DNA of 49,758 nt from Candidatus Moraniibacteriota bacterium. GTDB taxonomy: Bacteria; Patescibacteriota; Minisyncoccia; Moranbacterales; UBA9337. The notes below the pieces were generated by a model. It was not told the origin of the DNA, did not search any database, and saw only the letters and a program-made list of their open reading frames with translations. Within the stretch, counting starts at the first letter, position 1; each line of letters begins with the position of its first letter. The stretch covers positions 1-49,758 of the forward strand of contig JALNYX010000003.1 of NCBI GenBank assembly GCA_023229615.1, read 5' to 3'. Both the position numbers and the translations under genes were made by a program. Shown in pieces: positions 29,015-35,955 of this stretch.

Positions 29015-30046
29015 TCAACTTTTTCTTTTATTTTTTCTTCCTTCCAAATATTTTTTCACTTCCCGATCAAAATCAGAAATATAATTTTTATCTTGCTCAA
29101 TCCTAAATTTTTCATACTCTCCCAACGCAAGCGCTTTTGCAACATCATGACTAATTTTCCCGGCGTTCATCAAAATTTCATATTCACTGAATTTGAGAAA
29201 TGCATTAAGTTTCTGAACCCAATCCTTCATAAACATGGCTCGACCACGTGCCGCTTGCATTTCAGCATAATCCAAATACATATTACCGATGCGGTTTAAA
29301 TGCATCAATTCTTTTTTATCCAAATAATTTTTAGCGATGATTGTATCACTCGGCATGATTTTTCCATTCGGCGATCTCTGCCATGAAGTTAATCCCATTT
29401 TTTCTTTTTCACTATTAGCCCGATCTGAAATGATTTCTGCTGCAGTTTTGCCAGTGATAGCAAAATGAAGCTTATTCTGTACGGTAGCAAAAAATTCTTT
29501 ACTCTCACGCGCTTTTGGAGAATAATCAATAGCGGTTACATAAATATCAGTGATTTTTTGATAAATTCTGCGCTCGCTGGTGCGAATATCCCTAATTTCC
29601 TCATAAAGATCATCAAAATATCTGGCGCTAAAACGAGACCCATATTTCATTCGGTTAGAATCCAACGCATAACCTTTGTGAATATAATTTTTTAAAACTC
29701 CGGTTGCCCATTGGCGAAATTCCGTACCTCGCTCGGAATTTACGCGATAGCCGACAGCGATAATCACTTCAAGGCTATAAAAAGCAAGTTTTCTGGAAAT
29801 TTCTCGTTTTCCTTCTTTTTGAACTGCCGAGAATTCCTCGGTAGTTGAATTTTTATCAAGCTCATTTTCTTTGTAGATATTTTTCAAATGAAGTGATATG
29901 TTATCACTTGTGCAATCAAAAAGCTCGGCCATTTTCTTTTGCGTAAGCCAAATATTTTCTTCTGCGTAAAGCACCTCAATATTCACCGAACCTTCGGATG
30001 ATTGATAAAATGCGATTTGATTGTCAGGTATTTTTTTTATTGCCAT
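29015..30046 (-). CDS. rhuM: RhuM family protein (Fic/DOC-related virulence-associated family)
   Basis: ENIWLTQKKMAELF...YSLEVIIAVGYRVNSERGTEFRQWATGVLKNYIHKGYA are characteristic RhuM N-terminal and central motifs. 343 aa. Confidence 0.85.
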   Translation of the reverse strand: MAIKKIPDNQIAFYQSSEGSVNIEVLYAEENIWLTQKKMAELFDCTSDNISLHLKNIYKENELDKNSTTEEFSAVQKEGKREISRKLAFYSLEVIIAVGYRVNSERGTEFRQWATGVLKNYIHKGYALDSNRMKYGSRFSARYFDDLYEEIRDIRTSERRIYQKITDIYVTAIDYSPKARESKEFFATVQNKLHFAITGKTAAEIISDRANSEKEKMGLTSWQRSPNGKIMPSDTIIAKNYLDKKELMHLNRIGNMYLDYAEMQAARGRAMFMKDWVQKLNAFLKFSEYEILMNAGKISHDVAKALALGEYEKFRIEQDKNYISDFDREVKKYLEGRKNKRKS

Positions 30047-30200
30047 ATATTTAAAAATGTTTACAACTATGCCTTAATTATATACAAACAATACATGAAT
30101 ATCAATTTGTTTTAATTACTTCTTTATTACACTAAATCCATGTCAGAATAGTTACCTACTAACATAAGGATTACCGCTCTCTAACACACTCCCCTTTAAA

Positions 30201-30307
30201 TTTTTTGTTTTCAATTTTGATTACACTGATATTATACCACTGGATGTTTTTGCGTCAAATATTTCGTGTTTTATTCGGTGGAGTCAGATTATTGTTGGAT
30301 TAAAAGA
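30201..30307 (-). repeat. 107-bp promoter module, copy 1 (96% identical to 31955-32061)
   Basis: 4 mismatches in 107 nt by hand alignment. Ends in the TTGTTGGATTAAAA linker that precedes palindrome copy 4. Confidence 0.85.
30231..30258 (-). promoter_or_regulatory. Near-consensus promoter driving rhuM
   Basis: Minus strand reads TTGACG-N16-TATAAT with extended -10 TGGTATAAT. Confidence 0.6.
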
Positions 30308-30343
30308 TGTGTCATTTAGATACGGTCGACGGGAGATGACACA
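30308..30343 (+). repeat. 36-bp composite palindrome, copy 4 (A.C type)
   Basis: TGTGTCATTTAGATACGGTCGACGGGAGATGACACA, located between the divergent rhuM and zeta-toxin promoters. Confidence 0.9.
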
Positions 30344-30382
30344 TTTTCCGAGGAAGTGTTAATGGGAGGGGGTTAATACAAA

Positions 30383-30411
30383 TTGTCATCTTAATAAAAA
30401 AATGCTAAAAT
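30383..30411 (+). promoter_or_regulatory. Promoter of the zeta-toxin gene; predicts a leaderless mRNA
   Basis: TTGTCA-N17-TAAAAT with TGc extended -10. The -10 ends 6 nt before the ATG at 30418. Confidence 0.55.
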
Positions 30412-30417
30412 GCAAGC

Positions 30418-31128
30418 ATGAAACAAGCTGAAAACACCAAAATAGCTGAGGATGCTAAAGCTTTCATCAAAAAGAAAAAACGCGACCTCATAGATAAATT
30501 TGCCGACCTTGAAAAATTTCCTCCATCAGAAAAGCCATTTTCGTTTTTTATGGCTGGTTCTCCTGGCGCGGGAAAAACTGAATTCTCAAAAAGGCTCATA
30601 GAATCAATGATGCCTACGCCCATCGTAAGAATAGACGCCGACGAGATAAAAGAATTCATTCCTCAATATACAGGCAAAAACTCTGACATCGTACAGGGAG
30701 CGGCTTCAATTGCGGTGGATAATTTAAATTACTACGCCCTAAAACACAACCAAAATTTAATCATGGATGGCACGTTTGCACATTACGGGGTGGCACGCAA
30801 AAATATAATGAATTGTCTGAATAAAAAAAGGCAGATTAGCGTATTTTATATATACCAAGATCCTGTCGTCGCTTGGGATTTCACCCGGAAGCGCGAGAAG
30901 CTTGAGGGTCGCTATGTTCCAAAAGAAGCCTTTATCGAAGCATTTTTTAAGGCGAAAGAAAACGTACAGTTGATCAAGGAGGAGTTTGGCGAAAAAATAG
31001 AGCTCAACCTGATCATAAAAAATGACAAGAATGAAGACGAAGAAATCAAATCTAATATTAGCTCGAATATTGACGATTTTGCAATAATCGCATATAATAA
31101 GGAATCTCTAAATACAATCCTATGCTGA
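30418..31128 (+). CDS. Zeta-toxin family P-loop kinase
   Basis: Walker A FFMAGSPGAGKTEF followed by VRIDADE. 236 aa, typical zeta/PezT size and layout. Confidence 0.8.
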   Translation: MKQAENTKIAEDAKAFIKKKKRDLIDKFADLEKFPPSEKPFSFFMAGSPGAGKTEFSKRLIESMMPTPIVRIDADEIKEFIPQYTGKNSDIVQGAASIAVDNLNYYALKHNQNLIMDGTFAHYGVARKNIMNCLNKKRQISVFYIYQDPVVAWDFTRKREKLEGRYVPKEAFIEAFFKAKENVQLIKEEFGEKIELNLIIKNDKNEDEEIKSNISSNIDDFAIIAYNKESLNTILC

Positions 31129-31319
31129 AAAAAATAATTTCAAAATTTTCTCATAATAAAAAATCTCCAAAAAAAGAGGTCAATTTTTTCGATTTGTCCC
31201 AAGTTGAAAAAGAGCAGCTCATAAAAAAAGCTGCCAGACTTTCGTCCCAAGATCAAAAAGACCTTTTGAAAGAATACGATCGCAAATTCGGCGATCTGCA
31301 AACCAACTCTTGCAAATAA
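31122..31319 (+). CDS. Small Lys-rich protein overlapping the toxin stop (ATGCTGA); possible cognate partner
   Basis: 65 aa. 7-nt overlap with the toxin gene. A strong terminator follows. Confidence 0.45.
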   Translation: MLKKIISKFSHNKKSPKKEVNFFDLSQVEKEQLIKKAARLSSQDQKDLLKEYDRKFGDLQTNSCK

Positions 31320-31350
31320 ACAAGCGCGCGCCGCATTATCTCCCTTTCAA

Positions 31351-31380
31351 AAAATCCTGCCATAGTGGCAGGATTTTTAT
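31351..31380 (+). terminator. Rho-independent terminator of the toxin operon
   Basis: aaaatcctgcca-tag-tggcaggatttttatt. Confidence 0.75.
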
Positions 31381-31411
31381 TGTACCATTCTGAATTTGCG
31401 CTTATCGATAA

Positions 31412-31513
31412 TGTATCATAATTCCACGGCCGACGGTAGATGACACAAAAGATAGGGATTGTGTTTGTTGGGTTGAATGTGTCATTTAGATACGGTCGAC
31501 GTAAGATGACACA
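31412..31513 (+). repeat. Two 36-bp palindromes: copy 5 (31412-31447, hybrid B.C type) and copy 6 (31478-31513, A.C type)
   Basis: TGTATCATAATTCCACGGCCGACGGTAGATGACACA and TGTGTCATTTAGATACGGTCGACGTAAGATGACACA, with the 30-nt linker aaagatagggattgtgtttgttgggttgaa. Confidence 0.9.
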
Positions 31514-31547
31514 AATAGAGATGATGGGTAGTTTGATTGTGGGGTTG

Positions 31548-31664
31548 CTATGTTGTTTCTATCTTCCGCTTTTCCTCGCCCTGCCGAAGCCTTTGGCGAA
31601 GGCGGGTGCGGCGGTTAATGAGGTCGTATCCGAGATAACTTAGACAGCCAAATAATGTTGTGTC
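31548..31664 (-). pseudogene. Third remnant of the membrane-anchor/tail coding segment
   Basis: Hand translation gives DTTLFGCLSYLGYDLINRRTRLRQRLRQGEEKRKIETT*, compared with GTTLAGCLGYLGYDFVKRRKRRAGERERERVGDME* (intact gene) and GTTLFGCLGYLGYAMLNKRKIKQGKIL* (28796 copy). Confidence 0.6.
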
Positions 31665-31954
31665 TCAGTTAAAATTGCATCTAGATTATAGTGTTTTATA
31701 TCACGAGCAACTTCCCTTGAAGATTCCTTTTGAACTATCCGGAAATTCCGGATAGTTGAATTTTCATCCAATTCTTGCTCTAAATAAATATTAACCAGAT
31801 GCTCATTGACTGTGCGAACATTAACATTAAATAGTTCGGCGATTAATTTTTGCGTCAACCAAACATTCTCATCTTCAATTCTAACGTGGATTTTTTGTTT
31901 ATCGCCAAAAGATTGATAAATGGTAATTTGCTGTTTTTTTGAGTGCTTTTTCAT
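31640..31954 (-). pseudogene. Truncated RhuM-like gene (N-terminal approx. 95 aa only), running out of frame into the anchor remnant
   Basis: ENVWLTQKLIAELF...KHYNLDAIL aligns with the first third of the 343-aa RhuM protein, then ends TETQHYLAV*. Confidence 0.65.
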
Positions 31955-32061
31955 TTTTTTGTATTCAATTTTGATTACACTGATATTATACCACTGGATG
32001 TTTTAGCGTCAAATATTTCGTGTTTTATTCGGTGGAGTCAGATTATTGTTGAATTAAAAAA
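31955..32061 (-). repeat. 107-bp promoter module, copy 2
   Basis: 96% identical to 30201-30307. Here it directly abuts the start codon at 31954. Confidence 0.85.
31985..32012 (-). promoter_or_regulatory. Near-consensus promoter (duplicate of 30231-30258)
   Basis: Minus strand reads TTGACG-N16-TATAAT with TGGTATAAT. Confidence 0.55.
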
Positions 32062-32713
32062 TGTGTCATTTAGATACGGCCGACGTAGGATGACACAAAT
32101 TATAGATGGGCCGGGATTGAGTGTTGATAAAATACAGGGATTGTGTTTGTTAAATTGAGAATGTGTCATTTAGATACGGCCGACGGTAGATGACACAAAT
32201 GTTGAATGTGTCATTTAGATACGGCCGACGTAGGATGACACAAATTATAGGGATTGTGTTTGTTGGATTAAAATAGGCTTGTTGTGTCATTTAGATACGG
32301 CCGACGTAGGATGACACAAATTATAGATGGGCCAGGATTGAGTGTTGATAAAATACAGGGATTGTGTTTGTTGGATTAAAATAGGCTTGTTGTGTCATTT
32401 AGATACGGTCGACGTAGGATGACACAAAAGATAGAGATTGTGTTTGTTGGATTAAAATAGGCTTGTTGTGTCATTTAGATACGGCCGACGTAGGATGACA
32501 CAAAAAACAGGGATTACATACTATACTGTTGGATTACAAAATGTGTCATTTAGATACGGCCGACGGGAGATGACACAAAAGATAGAGATAGTGTTTGTTG
32601 AATTGAGAATGTGTCATTTAGATACGGCCGTGGAATTATGACACAAAAAATAGGGATTGTGTTTGTTGAATTGAGAATGTGTCATTTAGATACGGTCGAC
32701 GGGAGATGACACA
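32062..32713 (+). repeat. Array of nine 36-bp composite palindromes (copies 7-15) with recurrent linkers
   Basis: Copies at 32062, 32162, 32207, 32283, 32391, 32467, 32542, 32610 (hybrid A.B' type) and 32678. Linkers are 64, 9, 40, 72, 40, 39, 32 and 32 nt and share ...GGGATTGTGTTTGTTGGATTAAAA.... Confidence 0.9.
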
Positions 32714-32714
32714 A

Positions 32715-32750
32715 ATAGAAGTTTTTGTGAAGACTTCTATTTTAATTTTA
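32715..32750 (+). terminator. Hairpin plus T-tract (terminator-like), copy 2
   Basis: atagaagt-N10-acttctat followed by tttaatttta. It lies 65 nt beyond the stop of the 1044-aa gene, so it may act bidirectionally. Confidence 0.4.
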
Positions 32751-32815
32751 TCACCAACCCTTTCGAGAAGCAAAAAAACTTTTTTTTATTTCTACTTCTG
32801 TTTCTGTTTCTGTTC

Positions 32816-35800
32816 CTATTCCATATCACCCACCCGCTCTCGCTCCCGTTCTCCCGCCCTGCGCTTTCTTCGTTTTACAAAGTCATAACCCAAATAGCCA
32901 AGACAACCTGCGAGAGTTGTGCCGGAAATTAACAATCCCAAATAGAACCATCTTTGGGGGAAGAATTCTATGGTCATTTCGATGTCATAACTTCCATCAG
33001 CATTCAGCTTGCAGGCACTATTCAATTCATCACTTTCCGACTTTTGACTTTTGACTTTTGACTCACACAATTGTTCCGGTTCAACAAACCAGCCATTCAA
33101 AAATCCATTCAATTCAAAATGCTTGTCATCCGAAATCCGATCAGGCTTTACCCAAGGAATCCACGACGCGATAAATCGCGAGTATAAAGTCGAAAGTCGA
33201 AAGTTAAAAGCATTTGAGTCAACGATGCCAATCTTATTATTAGTAAGTTGTGCCTGCCACTGCGGATGAAAACTCTCACTCATCGCCAAATAAAACGGCG
33301 TAGTCGCCCCCTTGATATGAACTAATTTTTTGGTAGGATTCAATAAATCAAATGTTACTTCCTTAGGATCGACAAAATTAGTCTGAGGATCACTCACGAG
33401 ATAGTAATGATTTTGAATGTCAGGAAGCTCAATTAAATGAAAATTATCGTAAAGTGTCCTAATATTGGTCTTTTCATCTTGACTGAAAGAATAAACTGCA
33501 AGTGATGCTTCTTCCACACCATTTGGAATTGAGATGATTTTAGAAAAATGATGCCACTCATTATTTGTTATTGGAAGTCGTTTACTGATGTAGTTATTCT
33601 TACCAAAACCCAAGTAAAATGCTGCGATTTTTCCATCATCACTCTTATAATCAAAAGATAATAAATATGAAGCGTTACTTTTTAAATAAATTTTTCCCGT
33701 AGAAGTACACGCATTATGACGAATCGAGGATAATTCTAAAGAATTTAGACCATCCGTCCTATCGCTTGATAATTTCATTGAAATTAAGGGATTGTCATCG
33801 TAAGCATTGCAATCACTCACTGCTTTCTGCCACATTCCATCTTCAAAAGAAAAATTTAAAATATCATTTTTATAACTAAAATTATCATGTTTGTATGTAA
33901 TTCCCAATGAACTACCTGATAAAACATCAATAGCACTGTAATAATCCCTAATAATATCATCATCTTTTTCTAAAATTTTAATTTGAGATTGCAGTATCTC
34001 TATTTCTGCTGTTATATTATTAGAATATAAATAAGTTTTTCCATTTGTTGGAATATCCCTAAGAACAATTTCTTTATTTTGTATTTCTTCTGGTGTTAGA
34101 AATTCAAATAATCTAGTTATTTTTTGTGTTGGAAATTCAAATTTTTTTTCGGAAACAATAAAATCTTCTTTATCGCTAATGGTATCTAAAACAAATTCAA
34201 ATTTTTTATTAATATTTAAATATGAATCATATTGTGTCAAATCTAAAAATGACCTAAAATAATTTTTATAATTACTATTCTCATACACAACCAATTCCGT
34301 GGTTCCAATATCAATTCGCTTTAAATATGATAATTTGTCAAGATTATCAATATACCATTGACGGATATTAGGATTTTCCCTACCTCCATAATCTATAAAA
34401 AAATTATCATCATTACTATAATCGCTCAACGGCACTACGATATACTTAATAGACCCTGCATCCAAAAGATGATCTGAAAAATATTTATTAAATGGATCAA
34501 TGATTTTTAAAAATCTATCTCTCGGATGAATATCACCATCAACAAAATTTTTCCACATTTTGTCAGCTATATTAACACCAACTAATCGTGGGTGTTTGTC
34601 TGTATATGTGGCCCATTTACTTGTATGCGGAACCCAATATGTTCGAAAAAAATATGACTGAGAGTTTATAAATTCATTGTAGATTTTATAATCATCTGGT
34701 ATTTGCCTTGGAACAAACAATGTTTCAACACCTCCAGAAAAAAATGACCTTGTGTTTCCTAAAAATATAAATACCACTATAATAGTTAATATAATTCCGA
34801 CATTCTTTATAACTTTATTTTTATTCAATGTTACATAATAAACAAAACTACTAATTAAAACTGAGTAGCCAATGGCTATAAGAAAATAAAACTTACTTGC
34901 CTCTCTAAAAACTTGAAATCCTGGAATATGGGTAAATAGCCATTTATACAGCTCTGGAAAAGGGCTTACAGCTTGTTTAGATAATAAAATCCCAAAAATT
35001 GATATGATGGAGAAAAAAAGAACAAGACGATTTTTTTTCCCCAAAATTAAACCACAAAAAGATATTACAGGAACCAAGAAAAAATAAATTGGGATATGTT
35101 GTGTTTCAAAAACTGCAATTTTACCTCCTGTCCACCAAGGATGAAATAACGCAATAGACCTTGTAAGATTATAAAAACTACTCCCCCATAATTCTCTGCT
35201 AAGTATGGCATTTTCTTGACCACCACCGCTCATAATCATGCCCAGTATCCAGTAAATACTCAAAAAAAGAAATACCGAAAAAGAAACTATTGAATAAATA
35301 ATTATTGAAAAATCAAAATTTTCAAATAATTTAAAAATTGTATAGATAGCTAGTACCACTGAGACAATTAAGGCAACCCTAGGTTCATAAGAACTCAAAC
35401 CAAATAAGGTTAAGGCAGATACAATACAAAATAAAATTTTCTTTTCGTTTAACGCTTTTATAAAAAATAATATTGCAAATGGTGCTAATGCAAATGCAGT
35501 TGCTAATGTTATGTGTCCTGTTTGAAGTGTGAGTATGTAGCTATTAAAAGAATATACACCAGCACCAATGCAAGCAGCTAATACATTTTTAAATATATAT
35601 CTGTTTAAAAAATATGCCGAGAGTGGTGTAAATATAACGATTGGGAAAAAATATTGTATTCTTTCGATTATCTCCCATCTTAAAAAATTATTTAATGCTA
35701 AAACACCAGATAATGCATACGTTGGAGCTTGCCCGACATCAGAAAGATGCCTACCAAAATTTTGATCAGATAACCATAGCGAAAAATAGTTTATCCTTAG

Positions 35801-35950
35801 TGAATACAAAGTCTCATTGAAAAAATAAGTCCAATCACCATGAGTTATAATGGCATCACTAAATAGCCATCTATGATAAATTAACATAGTGACCATGCAT
35901 AAAATTATAATTGGCCATTTCTCTTTTGCTTTTTTAAAAAGATAATTCAT
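32816..35950 (-). CDS. 1044-aa membrane protein: polytopic N-terminal approx. 400 aa (GT-C-like), large extracytoplasmic domain, C-terminal TM anchor with Arg/Glu tail
   Basis: More than 12 N-terminal hydrophobic segments. C-terminal FFPQRWFYLGLLISGTTLAGCLGYLGY helix. First gene after the four downstream GT genes of the minus-strand operon. Confidence 0.8.
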   Translation of the reverse strand: MNYLFKKAKEKWPIIILCMVTMLIYHRWLFSDAIITHGDWTYFFNETLYSLRINYFSLWLSDQNFGRHLSDVGQAPTYALSGVLALNNFLRWEIIERIQYFFPIVIFTPLSAYFLNRYIFKNVLAACIGAGVYSFNSYILTLQTGHITLATAFALAPFAILFFIKALNEKKILFCIVSALTLFGLSSYEPRVALIVSVVLAIYTIFKLFENFDFSIIIYSIVSFSVFLFLSIYWILGMIMSGGGQENAILSRELWGSSFYNLTRSIALFHPWWTGGKIAVFETQHIPIYFFLVPVISFCGLILGKKNRLVLFFSIISIFGILLSKQAVSPFPELYKWLFTHIPGFQVFREASKFYFLIAIGYSVLISSFVYYVTLNKNKVIKNVGIILTIIVVFIFLGNTRSFFSGGVETLFVPRQIPDDYKIYNEFINSQSYFFRTYWVPHTSKWATYTDKHPRLVGVNIADKMWKNFVDGDIHPRDRFLKIIDPFNKYFSDHLLDAGSIKYIVVPLSDYSNDDNFFIDYGGRENPNIRQWYIDNLDKLSYLKRIDIGTTELVVYENSNYKNYFRSFLDLTQYDSYLNINKKFEFVLDTISDKEDFIVSEKKFEFPTQKITRLFEFLTPEEIQNKEIVLRDIPTNGKTYLYSNNITAEIEILQSQIKILEKDDDIIRDYYSAIDVLSGSSLGITYKHDNFSYKNDILNFSFEDGMWQKAVSDCNAYDDNPLISMKLSSDRTDGLNSLELSSIRHNACTSTGKIYLKSNASYLLSFDYKSDDGKIAAFYLGFGKNNYISKRLPITNNEWHHFSKIISIPNGVEEASLAVYSFSQDEKTNIRTLYDNFHLIELPDIQNHYYLVSDPQTNFVDPKEVTFDLLNPTKKLVHIKGATTPFYLAMSESFHPQWQAQLTNNKIGIVDSNAFNFRLSTLYSRFIASWIPWVKPDRISDDKHFELNGFLNGWFVEPEQLCESKVKSQKSESDELNSACKLNADGSYDIEMTIEFFPQRWFYLGLLISGTTLAGCLGYLGYDFVKRRKRRAGERERERVGDME
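33039..33063. repeat. 7-bp tandem repeat (GACTTTT)x3.6 inside the CDS; inverted partner (AAAGTCG)x2.9 at 33186-33205
   Basis: gacttttgacttttgacttttgact, and aaagtcgaaagtcgaaagtt about 125 nt away in opposite orientation. Confidence 0.85.
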
Positions 35951-35955
35951 CTAAA

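Larger units (their letters stand above)
28603..32713 (-). mobile_element. About 4.1-kb accessory island or accreted cassettes at the 3' end of the 1044-aa membrane-protein gene. No recombinase gene inside.
   Basis: Bounded by patchy direct repeats (palindrome-linker-palindrome-hairpin-tail-anchor segment) at 28603-29011 and 32467-33010, offset about 4000-4044 nt. Contents: RhuM-like genes, zeta toxin, gene remnants. Confidence 0.5.

Noticed and set aside
31560-31640. GC-rich patch (ctcgccctgccgaagcctttggcgaaggcgggtgcggcgg), considered as a possible small RNA or tRNA fragment.
   Set aside because: On the minus strand it translates in frame as the Arg-rich tail (…NRRTRLRQRLRQGEEKRK…) homologous to the tail of the 1044-aa protein. 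It is therefore a coding remnant. No cloverleaf or T-loop motif is present.
32062-32713. CRISPR array: 36-bp repeats, several spacers of 32-40 nt, and a Cas2-fold protein gene 3.5 kb away.
   Set aside because: The spacers are not unique. They fall into a few families that recur with point differences and share GGGATTGTGTTTGTTGGATT. Spacer lengths range from 9 to 72 nt. The repeat is palindromic over its whole length, with swapped half-sites. The same repeat occurs singly at gene boundaries outside the array. No cas genes are present, and the Cas2-like fold belongs to a PaaX-type regulator.
27998-32713. Integron-like attC cassette array (CALIN). The linker contains GTTGGAT/GTTGAAT, which fits GTTRRRY (ATCCAAC = RYYYAAC on the gene strand).
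   Set aside because: Only one of the two core boxes is present per unit, and it lies on the wrong side of the palindrome for an R''...R' arrangement. The palindrome is 36 bp, shorter than known attC sites, and lacks the extrahelical-base asymmetry. No intI gene is in the window. The heptamer match comes from a repeated linker and is not independent evidence.
31440-32888. ORF-track ORFs 31440-31643, 31943-32158 and 32679-32888, which contain the recurring peptide SFRYGRR.MTQI.
   Set aside because: The peptide is simply the translation of the 36-bp palindrome. These ORFs run through repeats, promoter modules and the antisense of the anchor remnants. There is no independent coding evidence.
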